A DNA stretch of 63,673 nucleotides, filler included, from Gemmatimonadota bacterium (GCA_003697105.1; 5 parts of 5 records of this genome joined end to end with filler, not necessarily neighbours in it), one strand, 5' to 3'; positions 47,790 to 58,832 are shown, numbered from the whole stretch's first letter. Notes: generated from the sequence alone by a model not told the origin. A program made the numbers and translations.

Positions 47790-48713
47790 TTATAGTTGAA
47801 TACCCATGCCAACGCGGTGAGTAGCATCTAAATCCTCTTTATAGGGCACAAAGGCGTAATCAAACCGGAACGAAGAGAACGCGACCCCTGCACCGGCGGT
47901 AAAATCGCTGGTATCGTACCCAATTTTATATCCCAACCGTAAATTAAATTTTTCCTTTAGCGTCAACTCTGTTCCCACGGTGGCGCGGAGATCGTTGTCA
48001 TTGGGTTTAATCAAATCTAGGGCAATGGTCATTTGGCTTTCTGGGATCATTTCCAGTGGCATGGTATAGGCAGACCCTAAACGAAACGTGGTTGGTAAAT
48101 CAAATTTTTCGTCAATATACTTCACTTTTGATCCCAGATGTTGTGCGGCGAATCCCAACCGTAGCCCATCGACCGGTGGTTGGTACATCAGACCCAAATC
48201 AATGGCAAAACTGGTAGCACTTTCGGTGTGAATCTCTGAAAGCAGAATTTTAGGGGCAAGACCTAGTGATACATTTTCATTAATTTTGTATGCGGCGGCG
48301 AATGCAATTGCCATGTCGGAGGCGGTAAACGTACCGTGGTGAATCCCTTGTTCGTCGCGCCGTTCAATATCTCCTGACGTTAGATAAATAAAATTCAAAC
48401 CGTACGCCAACCGTCCACCACTGTTCCGTACTCCGGCAATATGTTCATAACGAACATCCTCAAACCATTCGGTGTGATCGAGCCGGGCGTTAAGGGCAGG
48501 GTTATGCACCAACCCAGCCGGGTTGAAGGCAATCGCCGCGGCATCATTCGCCATTGCCGTAAAGGCTTCACCCATACCGGCGGCGCGAGCACTGGGAGTG
48601 ATCTTCAAAAATGCCATTGCGGAGGTTCCCGCATCGTCGTGAACATCACCAGCAATGACCGTACTAGCCCCCACCAGAGTAAAAAGGGTGAGTAAAGAAA
48701 TCAGTCGTGACAT
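47790..48713 (-). CDS. PorV/PorQ (UPF0164)-like outer-membrane beta-barrel
   Basis: FLKITPSARAAGMGEAFTAMANDAAAIAFNPAGL; FDYAF; signal peptide. Confidence 0.85.
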   Translation of the reverse strand: MSRLISLLTLFTLVGASTVIAGDVHDDAGTSAMAFLKITPSARAAGMGEAFTAMANDAAAIAFNPAGLVHNPALNARLDHTEWFEDVRYEHIAGVRNSGGRLAYGLNFIYLTSGDIERRDEQGIHHGTFTASDMAIAFAAAYKINENVSLGLAPKILLSEIHTESATSFAIDLGLMYQPPVDGLRLGFAAQHLGSKVKYIDEKFDLPTTFRLGSAYTMPLEMIPESQMTIALDLIKPNDNDLRATVGTELTLKEKFNLRLGYKIGYDTSDFTAGAGVAFSSFRFDYAFVPYKEDLDATHRVGMGIQL

Positions 48714-48806
48714 GAAAAACTCCTTGGATTATGGTTTTGAATGGGTTAAATAAGGTCTGGCATGTCTTTACATGACGTTGAATTGGGTAAATGTGAGGTA
48801 TTGATT

Positions 48807-49148
48807 TTATTCAGATAGCCGCTCGATCTGGCGTATCGTTAACGGTGTGCCTATCAGCCGCACATTTGGAGGTATCTCACCGATTTCACCGCTGATACGT
48901 ACCCGCAAGCCATCCTGCTGAAAGTCGCTGGGCAGATTTTTGAGCAGATAACGTTGGGAGGGCGCACCATCGGGCAAAAAGACGAAATCCACACCCATTT
49001 GTTGCATGGTACCCGTCCGGTTGGTAAGTAAATTGGAGGTTTTGGTTTGGGATGGCGGAGGTGGAGTGTCCTGATGAGTCTCACTTGCACAACCACACCA
49101 AACCAGCAGTACACCAGCGGATAAAACATACAGAATCATTGTTTTCAT
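48807..49148 (-). CDS. Small lipoprotein of unknown function
   Basis: Lipoprotein-like signal ending WCGC; NLPSDFQQDGLRVRISG. Confidence 0.7.
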   Translation of the reverse strand: MKTMILYVLSAGVLLVWCGCASETHQDTPPPPSQTKTSNLLTNRTGTMQQMGVDFVFLPDGAPSQRYLLKNLPSDFQQDGLRVRISGEIGEIPPNVRLIGTPLTIRQIERLSE

Positions 49149-49201
49149 AGCGGCTCAACTCTACACTGCAAATGAAGAAAAGTCAATGAGTTTTTGGTCA
49201 C

Positions 49202-52200
49202 TCATCGTAAAACCGCAATTTTGATTATTTCGGTTTGGCGACCGGTCTCAGAAGTCGCCTCGATCCGGCAGAAATAGACCCCCGAAGCGACATTGGAAAC
49301 GTCCCATTCGATTTCATTGTCCTCATTGCCTACACCCGGCTGGTTGGCGGTGAACACCCGGTCACCTGCCATATCAAAAATTTGGATAGAGACCGTTGCA
49401 TCCGCATTGAGATAATACCGTATTTTTGTAAAATCCCCTCGTAAGTAGTTGGTGGGGTTGGGATAAGCATAAACAGACCCCGCCGGTATCAAGCCACTCG
49501 ATCCGGCTAAACGGGGATTTTCAGCGCCCAAATGTTTATTGACCGCACTACTGCCCGTTCGTTGGGGATTTGCCTGAAACATACCCCATACGACCGTTTG
49601 GGGATCGTACGGTTGTTTCACATCCCAGATATAAATCAGACCGTCATCACTAGCGGCAATAACTTCAATATCGCCATCCTGATCAATATCGGCGATTGCC
49701 GGTGTACTGTTAATACCCCGAGCGGTTCCTTGGGGGAAGGGATCAACGGTTTCGCCGCGCCCATTCCACGCAAACAAGCGCCCGTCCGGTGTGCCTACCA
49801 GAACTTCCGGTGCACCATCGCCATTCACATCGGCGAGCGCCGGAGATGAGCGTATCCCTGCCCAGTAGGCATCAAAATTTTGGGGCACCAGATTGACATA
49901 CCAGTGTTGCACAATTGACCCGCTGTGATTGATCGCGAGTACTTCCGTATGATAGGCGTCACTTTGGTTCGGGATGATAATCTCCAAATAACCATCACCA
50001 TCAAGGTCACCCAATGCGGGGGATGCCGTTACTGGGGCATGAGCATTTACGGGAAAGCCGGGCAACACCTCCCCCGTTGCGGTGAGGGCATAAATGTAAC
50101 CCTCCCCATCCGGCAGAACAATCTCCAGTTCCGGTGTGGTTCGATCTAAATTGCCAATCGCCGGGGAGCTTTTTAGCCAGGTCTCCCCAAAATCAATCTG
50201 CCATTGCACCTGACCATCATGGGCATAACACGTTAGGTCACCGTTCCAATCCGCTACGAGAATCTCCGGGAAGCCATCCTGATCGATGTCATCCACCGCC
50301 GGTGACGCCTCAACCGGTAAATCGTGTATCTTTGACCACTGCACCGATCCATCCGCATTGAACACATACAAATTCGGCGGCGGATTGGAACTACCCTCGT
50401 TGATCTGCATGGTTCCAATAATAATATCGAGTGTTCCATCCCCGTTCACATCCGCGAGCGTAGGCGCGGCGTGAATGGCGGCAGAAAGTTGCGGAAAGTT
50501 GCCCCGTTTTTGCCCGTAAACGGTGCGGGAATGAATTTGACCGGCATCATCCCCCGCCACAATCTCCATCACACCGTCCCCATCCAGATCGCCGGCGGCG
50601 ATGGGACCGGTGATCCGGGCCTCTCGCAGGTCAATACTCCAGAAACGCTCGCCGGTGGGATAGTACAAGGCGAGTCCACCGAATTGGGTCGTATAACTTG
50701 AATCTGGGGTTTCAATCAATGTATCGCGCACCGTAGCCGTGATGATCTCCGTCCAGCCGTCCCCATCGAGGTCTACAACAAGCGGGGTTATCGCATCGAC
50801 ATGCGGGTCACTGACGGCTTTGGGCCAGCCGGGTTGGGTGCCGAAACTGACCCCAAAGGTCATGATACTATCGGATTCACTGATATTTAACAGTTGCACG
50901 GGGCTACGTCCGCCGCTGTTGGTATCTGTACTCGGTGTGGTATCGGGCGTAAACTCAGGAGACCATGGCGCCCGGAACAGGTTGGTCGAATCCCCTACAC
51001 CTCCTGTCACCAACGGAGGACGGTCTAATCGATTCAGCCCATCGGCTTCTTCCACATCAATGGCATGTGAACCGGCTTGTTGCAGGGTGTTGTCCTCCAG
51101 ACGCGCTTCGATGCGGGCTTCATCCACATGCATGATCAACAAGCCGCCGGGAGGCGGGATCGAGTTGCCTTGCGCATCCGTGAAGCGGTTTGGGGTGCGA
51201 TAATCAAACTCCACCTGATCATAATCCGTGAAAAACACACCTTCAAAACCGCTATTGTAATTCCCATTGTGATCGGGGTCACCTTGCCGGTTTTCGATCA
51301 GAAAATATTCCGTGTTGTTAAGCGGAACTTTAACGGCTTCCCCGCGGCCCCTTTCTGGATGGGGCGCGGTGATCTGGTACAATTCCACCTCATTTTGATC
51401 CCGCGTAATCTCCCGGACATCAATCCAGCTTTTTTCGACCCCTTTGATCCGCAAATTAGCCCGGTTATACGCGCAGGGATGCGCCGGAAAAAAGCCAAGA
51501 CCATTCCAAACGCCATGTCCCATCAATCCCCAAGAACCGATACCGCTACTCTGCCCGTCGGAGGTATTGTAAAGGTCAACAAATCCTAAAAAGTGCCCAA
51601 ATTCATGGACATAAACCCCTAACAGACCCAACGTACCCGCAACAGAATACGGCTCGTAGTGTTCGGTCTCCGGGGCGAGGACGGCTTCTCGGACATAAAC
51701 GCCATCATTGGTCGCAATCCCCGGATATTCGGGGTCATCATTTGCCAGATGCTCCCGAACGGTCTTAAAATCCAGAAATTGTGACCAAATATTACCCGGA
51801 ATCGGTGCACCATTGTCATTTGCGCCGCTTTCCGCCCCCACACCGGCATGAATCAGCACGACCGCATCATAACGGGAAAAATCCACATCTGCATCTGCCG
51901 CCTGAATTGCCTCTTGAAACAGCCCGGTAATGCGTGCCATATCATCCCCGCCATCGGCGATATTCGCCCCGTAATATCCCATCGGTTGGGACATCCGGTA
52001 GCCCTGACTACCGCTATTTTCCGGCGGGAAAATATCCGCTTGTAACTCCAATTGACCATAAGAGACCTGCCGGTAGTAGGCGTGCATCTGGGTATTGCAC
52101 AAAAAGTCGTAAAAGGCATAATCGTGGGGACGTTGGTCAGGATTGTTGCCGCTCAGGTCAAAAGTGCCGTCGCCGCTGGTGTTGGGGTCGTTATCGGGTT

Positions 52201-52414
52201 GGAATTCAAGGCGAATGGCGACAAAGTGCAAGGTGTCAATCGCGCTGTACGGTTGGGAAGAGTGCATTTTTTGGGGATTTAAAATCGGCGTGCCCGAACT
52301 GGGTCGAGCCGGTCGATAGCCATCTAGCGACACGCCCGGAGCAGGTGGGACGGCTTGAACATGTGTCACATTACCAAATAGAATCAGAATAAGTAACAGA
52401 CCAATATACCGCAT
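49202..52414 (-). CDS. M6 (immune inhibitor A-like) metalloprotease with FG-GAP repeats and T9SS-like CTD
   Basis: IHAG, HEFGHFLGFVDLY, WGLMG, EYFLIENR; DxDGDG FG-GAP repeats; AYPNP...ASGVYF...KIAVLR. Confidence 0.9.
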   Translation of the reverse strand: MRYIGLLLILILFGNVTHVQAVPPAPGVSLDGYRPARPSSGTPILNPQKMHSSQPYSAIDTLHFVAIRLEFQPDNDPNTSGDGTFDLSGNNPDQRPHDYAFYDFLCNTQMHAYYRQVSYGQLELQADIFPPENSGSQGYRMSQPMGYYGANIADGGDDMARITGLFQEAIQAADADVDFSRYDAVVLIHAGVGAESGANDNGAPIPGNIWSQFLDFKTVREHLANDDPEYPGIATNDGVYVREAVLAPETEHYEPYSVAGTLGLLGVYVHEFGHFLGFVDLYNTSDGQSSGIGSWGLMGHGVWNGLGFFPAHPCAYNRANLRIKGVEKSWIDVREITRDQNEVELYQITAPHPERGRGEAVKVPLNNTEYFLIENRQGDPDHNGNYNSGFEGVFFTDYDQVEFDYRTPNRFTDAQGNSIPPPGGLLIMHVDEARIEARLEDNTLQQAGSHAIDVEEADGLNRLDRPPLVTGGVGDSTNLFRAPWSPEFTPDTTPSTDTNSGGRSPVQLLNISESDSIMTFGVSFGTQPGWPKAVSDPHVDAITPLVVDLDGDGWTEIITATVRDTLIETPDSSYTTQFGGLALYYPTGERFWSIDLREARITGPIAAGDLDGDGVMEIVAGDDAGQIHSRTVYGQKRGNFPQLSAAIHAAPTLADVNGDGTLDIIIGTMQINEGSSNPPPNLYVFNADGSVQWSKIHDLPVEASPAVDDIDQDGFPEILVADWNGDLTCYAHDGQVQWQIDFGETWLKSSPAIGNLDRTTPELEIVLPDGEGYIYALTATGEVLPGFPVNAHAPVTASPALGDLDGDGYLEIIIPNQSDAYHTEVLAINHSGSIVQHWYVNLVPQNFDAYWAGIRSSPALADVNGDGAPEVLVGTPDGRLFAWNGRGETVDPFPQGTARGINSTPAIADIDQDGDIEVIAASDDGLIYIWDVKQPYDPQTVVWGMFQANPQRTGSSAVNKHLGAENPRLAGSSGLIPAGSVYAYPNPTNYLRGDFTKIRYYLNADATVSIQIFDMAGDRVFTANQPGVGNEDNEIEWDVSNVASGVYFCRIEATSETGRQTEIIKIAVLR

Positions 52415-52524
52415 AGTTCATCCTCAACGTAACGGGTGCAAATGAAGCGTGCCCGCAGGCGAGGATTTCTAGCATAGGAACGTACCTGCGGGCAACTAGG
52501 GAGGGAGAAGATACTTCCCGTTTG

Positions 52525-52540
52525 AGCGATTTCAGTGCCA
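52525..52540 (-). promoter_or_regulatory. Candidate sigma54 (-24/-12) promoter upstream of the M6 protease
   Basis: TGGCACTGAAATCGCT on the minus strand: exact GG-N10-GC spacing. Confidence 0.5.
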
Positions 52541-52640
52541 GCTAATGCAACGCGCATAACCAGCTACAAATAAATAAGATATATTCTACAAGCATGTTGG
52601 TATGGTTGTGGTTCACCGGAGCGTTGTATTTTTTTTGCCA

Positions 52641-55514
52641 CTACTTTAACAGCACGGTTCGACCCGTACCGAGGATGCGTTGACCCTGTTCTAATCGATA
52701 AAGGTAAATCCCGGAAGATAAGTAACTTGCATCCCATAGCAATTGATATTGGCCGGCCGGCTGGTACTCATCCAGCAGTATTTCAACCAAGCGACCGTTC
52801 AGGTCGTACACCTTCAGGGTGGTTGGACTCGCCGCCGGCAGATCGTATCGAAACGTGGTGACCGGATTAAACGGGTTGGGATAGTTGGTAATCGCTGGGT
52901 TTTCAGGGACGGTCGCCATCACTGGCTCCATCGCCACATCAATGGTTTGCCCGCCGGTGGCATAGGTGCGTACCCATCCGTGGCGATCCCCCAGCGCCAT
53001 TTCGGGTGTGCCGCTCCCATCCACATCATCCAAAGCAAGCGTTTGGTCCACCGGCTGGTCATGGTTGATCACATACAGCGGTGTACCATCGATACCCGAA
53101 AGGACGTACATTTGATTATTTAAAGTGCCGATCAGGACATCAAAGTGACCATCCCCATTGATATCCGGAATGGCGGAACTATCCAGAATGTATCCCCCGG
53201 TACCGAATGTCCATGCCGCTTGTCCGGTTTGGGCATTAATGAGCGGGAAGAGTGAGCGTCCGGTGAGGGAGGGCAGAATAAATTCCGTCCCGTCAGGAGC
53301 GACTGCTTTATCGAAGCGGGTAATTAGGGCGGTGCCGAGGTTGTAGCTCCAAATCGGTTCGTTTGTGCTGGAACGAGCCCGGATACGCCCATTGAACGTG
53401 CCGTAAACAAAATCTCCTTGCCCATCCCCGTTGGCATCGGCAATATCGATCAGCGCAAATACTGCAGCGGTACCCGCATCAAATCCCCAAATATAATTGC
53501 CGGTACTACCGCGAATCAGGGTAATACGGGCATTACCGCTGTTTGCCGAGCCTCCGGCGACCACTTCTGGAATACCATCATCATCAATATCACCTACCGG
53601 CGTCACGGATGCCTGCGCCATATTGCGCTCGTTTTGCCAGATTAAGTCTCCGGTAGTACCGTCAATACAGAAGACGGATTTTGGACCCGTGCCACTGCCA
53701 TCATCCCCCGTGGCGGCGAGAACATCCGGCACACTATCGCCGTTAAAGTCGTAAGCGGCATTCACCTGATAGACCCAGCCGCCCTCACCAAATTGATGGG
53801 TATCGTACACCCACAGCATCTCTCCACTCAGACCATCTAACGCAAAAACAGAGCGACTGCCCCATGCCGTCCCAATGACCACATCCGGCACCGTATCCCC
53901 GTTGAGATCACCCGCCACAAACAACCCTTGCTCCTGATAGATCGAGCCAAAACCAATCTCCGGAATGGCACTGGAAAACGTCCAGATGATATCCGCCAAA
54001 CCGGAAGCGTTACCGTTGACACAGTGTAAGTGATACTCGTTATCTGCCACCAACACTTCCGCCACGCCATCACCGGTAAGGTCCACAAAATTTTTCATGG
54101 CGACGATCTTTTCGCCAGCCATATTACTGCGTAAATGCCAATATTCCGTACCCATATCCACCGGCACGGCGACCACCGTTGCGGCTAAATCCACTGTTAC
54201 CGGATTTTCATCCGCATCATTGCTGAAAATCGAGAGTGTACCGCTAAAAGAGCCCACCGTTTCGGCATGAAACCAGAGGCGTACCGGAGCGGTCTCCCGC
54301 GTTGCCAAGATTAGCGGCAATTCGGTCTGCGAATCTAGCGTAAAATGAGAATTATCCAACTCCAATTGGTCGATCACAAGAGGCTCTGCACCTTGATTTT
54401 CCAGTTGCACCCTTCGCGCGGTATATGCGCCATTACGGATGTTTGCATACTCCAGCGCCGGGGGATTCACCCGAATTTCCGCTGCCGGATAAATTCCAAA
54501 TCCATTTAAATTGACAGAAGTAACTGGGTTCAGCGGGTCATTGGATTCAATGGTCAGTAGGGCGGGTAACGCTCCGTATTGATCGGGTGTAAAATCGATC
54601 TGGATCGCGGTGGATTCATCCGGTGGTAACAAAATGGGGTCAGAGAAGTCCGTGCTATACTGGGGTTGAGAGGCGGTAATGGCGGTAATTTCCAGATCAC
54701 CGCTACCGCTATTGGTGATAGTCAGGGGAGTTTGGTACGTGCCCCCAATGATGCGGTTGCCAAAATCATAGCTCTCAAAACTGAGCGTAATTACCGGCGT
54801 ACCGCTACCACCCAAATCGACCTTGTACAGATAATCCTGATTGAAGCCCTGCCCGTTGTCGCAATACCACATGTACTGCCCATCAAAGACAATCCCCGCC
54901 GGGTCAACCCCTTCAGAAGGGTAAGATTCGAGTAATTGCCCATTAGTCGGATCCATCTTATAGAGCGTATCGCCCCAATAATCTGCCATCCACAGGAACC
55001 CATTTTCCAAACAGAGGTCCCACGGTTGGCGATCCGGTGCGGGGAAGTCCTGTAAAATGGTACCCTCACTATCAACTTTATAAATATGTCCATCGGGATC
55101 GTAATACGTGCTCACCCAAAAATCACCGGCGTCATAAGCAATGCCCGACATGTAATGATCGGGTAAATCAAATTGCCGGAGGACATCCCCATTCCAATCC
55201 AGTTGCATCGCAAATGCCGGGTCATTGATACTAATGGTATGATCCGTTGTCCAGAGATAATCACCATCGTAAGTGAGCCCAAACGCATCCCCCTGTGGAC
55301 CCGTAAAGATTAATTGATAATCCCCATTTTCAGGATTGATGCGATAAATATGACCACCATCGGCGCCGTAAATACCGCAATAAAGATATTCACCATCCCA
55401 CGCCAGTCCAGAAGCACTTTCCGGGATTGGGAAGGTTTGTACCACCGTCCACTCCGCGTAAAGAGATGGTACGAGAGCGATTAAAATCGCTATAACAGCA
55501 GACATCCGTTGCAT
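52641..55514 (-). CDS. Secreted multidomain protein: GLAWDG-repeat propeller, two Ig-like (ASH/choice-of-anchor D-like) domains, FG-GAP/PQQ-like propeller, FlgD/T9SS-type CTD
   Basis: GGAGG RBS before ATG 55514; signal peptide; repeat motifs; NYPNPFNP...SGIYLYRL...VLLK. Confidence 0.78.
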   Translation of the reverse strand: MQRMSAVIAILIALVPSLYAEWTVVQTFPIPESASGLAWDGEYLYCGIYGADGGHIYRINPENGDYQLIFTGPQGDAFGLTYDGDYLWTTDHTISINDPAFAMQLDWNGDVLRQFDLPDHYMSGIAYDAGDFWVSTYYDPDGHIYKVDSEGTILQDFPAPDRQPWDLCLENGFLWMADYWGDTLYKMDPTNGQLLESYPSEGVDPAGIVFDGQYMWYCDNGQGFNQDYLYKVDLGGSGTPVITLSFESYDFGNRIIGGTYQTPLTITNSGSGDLEITAITASQPQYSTDFSDPILLPPDESTAIQIDFTPDQYGALPALLTIESNDPLNPVTSVNLNGFGIYPAAEIRVNPPALEYANIRNGAYTARRVQLENQGAEPLVIDQLELDNSHFTLDSQTELPLILATRETAPVRLWFHAETVGSFSGTLSIFSNDADENPVTVDLAATVVAVPVDMGTEYWHLRSNMAGEKIVAMKNFVDLTGDGVAEVLVADNEYHLHCVNGNASGLADIIWTFSSAIPEIGFGSIYQEQGLFVAGDLNGDTVPDVVIGTAWGSRSVFALDGLSGEMLWVYDTHQFGEGGWVYQVNAAYDFNGDSVPDVLAATGDDGSGTGPKSVFCIDGTTGDLIWQNERNMAQASVTPVGDIDDDGIPEVVAGGSANSGNARITLIRGSTGNYIWGFDAGTAAVFALIDIADANGDGQGDFVYGTFNGRIRARSSTNEPIWSYNLGTALITRFDKAVAPDGTEFILPSLTGRSLFPLINAQTGQAAWTFGTGGYILDSSAIPDINGDGHFDVLIGTLNNQMYVLSGIDGTPLYVINHDQPVDQTLALDDVDGSGTPEMALGDRHGWVRTYATGGQTIDVAMEPVMATVPENPAITNYPNPFNPVTTFRYDLPAASPTTLKVYDLNGRLVEILLDEYQPAGQYQLLWDASYLSSGIYLYRLEQGQRILGTGRTVLLK

Positions 55515-55629
55515 AAACCTACCTCCACAAAAAGATGAAAAAGGAAAGGGTTTTACACGTTTTGCACAAAGCCGAAATTCACTGTAACACAAGGGAAATA
55601 GAGGTGTCAAGGGGTAAAATAACCAGAGG

Positions 55630-55729
55630 NNNNNNNNNNNNNNNNNNNNNNNNNNNNNNNNNNNNNNNNNNNNTTAATTAATTAANNNNNNNNNNNNNNN
55701 NNNNNNNNNNNNNNNNNNNNNNNNNNNNN
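55630..55729. other. Artificial contig linker
   Basis: N44-TTAATTAATTAA-N44. Confidence 0.99.
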
Positions 55730-56027
55730 AATTTTGATGACATAGGGCGTTTCTCCTTTCAAAGAAACAATATGTCATAAACAAATTACGAAATGTCAAC
55801 AGAACCTAGTTGTAAATAAAATAATTAAACTGTTTTAGTCAGTCAACCAGCCGTAACCGTTTAAAACGGTTTGAAAAGACCTTCAAGCATGTGTTTCCGA
55901 TCATAGTAACCCACATGATTAGCAGTAAAAGTGTGGCGGATTATGCCGAAGAAAAAGGAATCGCGTTGTATTATTCTTATCAATTCAAGGGTTAACTTTT
56001 CATCATTCTATATATCAGGAGGTTTGT

Positions 56028-57035
56028 ATGGGTATCAAAGTTGCCATTAATGGCTTTGGTCGTATCGGACGTTTAGCCTTTCGGGCGGCATTAACACGAG
56101 ATAATATTGATATTGTCGCCGTCAACGATTTAACCGACGCAAAAACACTGGCATATTTACTGAAATATGACAGCGTGCACGGTGTACTGGATCAAGATAT
56201 TACGGTCGAGGGAAATGACATTATTTGCGGCGATAAGCGGTTCACCGTTTTTGCAGAACGCGATCCCAAAGATCTTAAATGGGGGGACTTAGGGGTTGAT
56301 ATTGTACTGGAATCTACCGGTATTTTCCGCAGTAAAGAAAAAGCTCAACCCCACCTCGATGCAGGCGCCAAGAAAGTAATCATCAGCGCACCGGGAAAAG
56401 GCGAAGTGGACGCCACGTTTGTACTAGGTGTGAATGATAATGACTACGACCCGGCAAAACATCATATTGTATCCAACGCCAGTTGCACCACCAACTGCTT
56501 GGCACCTGTAGCAAAAGTTTTACATGATAATTTCACGATTAAACGCGGTCTGATGACAACGATCCACAGCTATACCAACGACCAACGCATCCTTGACCTG
56601 CCCCACAGCGATCTCCGTCGGGCTCGTGCCGCGGCAATGTCAATGATTCCTACTACCACAGGCGCCGCAAAAGCAATCGGCTTGGTTATTCCAGAGCTGA
56701 AGGGTAAACTGGACGGGTTAGCGATTCGAGTACCCACACCGGATGTATCACTGGTGGATTTGGTTTGCGAAGTCGAAAAGAAAACCACCGCCGAGGCGAT
56801 CAATGCAAAAATGAAAGAAGCGGCAGAAGGTGCTATGAAAGGTATCCTCAAGTATGAAACCGATCCAACCGTCAGTACCGATTATATCGGTTCTACCTTT
56901 TCCAGCGTATTGGATGCGGAAAATACAGCGGTTATGGACGGTAATTTCGTCAAGGTCATGTCGTGGTACGACAATGAAAACGGCTACGCCACCCGATGCG
57001 TTGATCTGATGGAAATTATGGGTAAGTCCCTGTAA
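56028..57035 (+). CDS. gap: Glyceraldehyde-3-phosphate dehydrogenase (type I)
   Basis: [24 protein letters not shown]. Confidence 0.98.
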   Translation: MGIKVAINGFGRIGRLAFRAALTRDNIDIVAVNDLTDAKTLAYLLKYDSVHGVLDQDITVEGNDIICGDKRFTVFAERDPKDLKWGDLGVDIVLESTGIFRSKEKAQPHLDAGAKKVIISAPGKGEVDATFVLGVNDNDYDPAKHHIVSNASCTTNCLAPVAKVLHDNFTIKRGLMTTIHSYTNDQRILDLPHSDLRRARAAAMSMIPTTTGAAKAIGLVIPELKGKLDGLAIRVPTPDVSLVDLVCEVEKKTTAEAINAKMKEAAEGAMKGILKYETDPTVSTDYIGSTFSSVLDAENTAVMDGNFVKVMSWYDNENGYATRCVDLMEIMGKSL

Positions 57036-57090
57036 TAAAACGCATTCTGGAGTACCTGTTCACCTAAAAAATCAAAAAGGAGGTAATAGT

Positions 57091-57339
57091 ATGGGTCTCA
57101 TTTCATGGATTGTCTTTGGACTAATTGCCGGTGCGTTAGCCAAATGGATTATGCCCGGCAAAGACCCCGGGGGTATCTTCATCACCATCGGCATCGGAAT
57201 TGTCGGGGCAATTATCGGCGGTTTCATTGGCTCATTTCTGGGATTAGGGGGTGTAACAGGCTTCAACCTCAAAAGCTTTTTTATCGCGGTGGGCGGTGCA
57301 CTCATCCTATTGTATGCCTACCGGCAATTCAAAAAATAA
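57091..57339 (+). CDS. GlsB/YeaQ/YmgE family stress-response membrane protein
   Basis: WIVFGLIAGALAKWIMPG...GIVGAIIGG. Confidence 0.9.
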   Translation: MGLISWIVFGLIAGALAKWIMPGKDPGGIFITIGIGIVGAIIGGFIGSFLGLGGVTGFNLKSFFIAVGGALILLYAYRQFKK

Positions 57340-57367
57340 CAAGCAGTTACACCGGTTTTAATACAAC

Positions 57368-57409
57368 AGCCTCTGCCGGAAAGTAAATATTTTCGGCGGG
57401 GGCTTTTTT
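57368..57409 (+). terminator. Rho-independent terminator
   Basis: AGCCTCTGCCGGAAA/TTTTCGGCGGGGGCT stem plus T-tract. Confidence 0.75.
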
Positions 57410-57500
57410 CATTCTTGATTTATAACCTCGGGTTTGTTATTCTATGACCCCCCGATATTATACCTTCGCGTATTTCCTTATATAATTAGGAGTCTTAATA

Positions 57501-58706
57501 ATGAATAAATTAAAAATAGATCAGCTAAACGTTACCGGACAACGCGTACTAATGCGGGTGGATTTTAACGTGCCGCTGGATGAACACCAGCGCATAACCG
57601 ATGACACCCGGATTCAGGCGGCATTACCCTCAATTAATTATGTGCTAGAGAATGGCGGACGGCTAATTTTAATGTCCCATCTAGGACGTCCTAAAGGCGT
57701 TGACCCCAAATTCAGCCTCAAACCGGTAGCCGATCGATTGAGTGAATTGCTTGGAAAACCGGTCAAACTTGCCCCCGGTTGTGTCGGTGCAGAAGTTACG
57801 CAGATGGTAGCAAATATGCAAAATGGCGATTGTCTGGTGCTGGAAAACACCCGATTTTATCCCGAAGAAAAGAAGAATGACCCCAATTTTGCCGCAGAAC
57901 TCGCCAAACTAGGCGATCTTTACGTCAATGACGCCTTCGGTTCTGCTCACCGCGCCCATGCCAGTACAGAAGGCGTTTGCAAGCATTTTAATCAATGTGC
58001 CGCCGGATTTTTGATGCAAAAGGAAATTGACTATCTGGGCAATGCCATCAACAACCCACAGCGTCCCTTTGTGGCAATTTTGGGCGGTGCGAAAGTTTCC
58101 GGCAAGATCGATGTCATTGAAAACCTATTGGGCAAGGTGGATACCCTTTTGATTGGCGGTGGCATGGCATACACCTTTTTCAAAGCTCAGGGCTGGGAAA
58201 TCGGTGATTCCTTGCTGGAAGAAGACCGAATAGACGTGGCAAAAACAACACTCCAAAACGCAAAACACGCCGGTATTGATTTCCAATTACCCGTTGATTG
58301 TGTGATTGCTGATAAGTTTGATAATAACGCCACCCGGAAAACGGTCTCCGTGCAAGAAATACCAGCAGGTTGGCAAGGGTTGGATATTGGTCCAGAAACC
58401 ATCCGTAGATTCAAAACCGTTATTTCTAAAGCAAAAACCATCGTCTGGAATGGACCCATGGGCGTGTTCGAGATGCCCAATTTTGCAACCGGTACGATTG
58501 CCATCGCCGAAGCACTGGCGGCCGCTACCGCCAACGGCGCCACAACAATTATTGGTGGTGGTGATTCTGCCGCCGCCGTGACCCAAGCCGGTTTGGCAGA
58601 TAAAATGAGCCACATTTCCACAGGTGGTGGGGCATCGCTGGAAATGATGGAAGGCAAAATTTTACCGGGACTCGCTGCCTTGACCGACGTCGGCGAATCA
58701 GTTTAA
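57501..58706 (+). CDS. pgk: Phosphoglycerate kinase
   Basis: [35 protein letters not shown]. Confidence 0.98.
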   Translation: MNKLKIDQLNVTGQRVLMRVDFNVPLDEHQRITDDTRIQAALPSINYVLENGGRLILMSHLGRPKGVDPKFSLKPVADRLSELLGKPVKLAPGCVGAEVTQMVANMQNGDCLVLENTRFYPEEKKNDPNFAAELAKLGDLYVNDAFGSAHRAHASTEGVCKHFNQCAAGFLMQKEIDYLGNAINNPQRPFVAILGGAKVSGKIDVIENLLGKVDTLLIGGGMAYTFFKAQGWEIGDSLLEEDRIDVAKTTLQNAKHAGIDFQLPVDCVIADKFDNNATRKTVSVQEIPAGWQGLDIGPETIRRFKTVISKAKTIVWNGPMGVFEMPNFATGTIAIAEALAAATANGATTIIGGGDSAAAVTQAGLADKMSHISTGGGASLEMMEGKILPGLAALTDVGESV

Positions 58707-58832
58707 CAAACCCCCCTTCATCATGGCAACTTAGAAAAAACGTATGGGCGATTTCGTACCCACCAAGATCATTAAGCAATAGTTCTTACACTCCTCGCGG
58801 GTGCATCCCAGAAAAAAATTTGGCTAAACCTT

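Noticed and set aside
22897-55729. Four recurring TTAATTAATTAA motifs, and gene linkages across them
   Set aside because: Identical N-padded scaffolding linkers; the truncated NRDE, kinase, SDR and yidC genes are contig-edge effects, not pseudogenes
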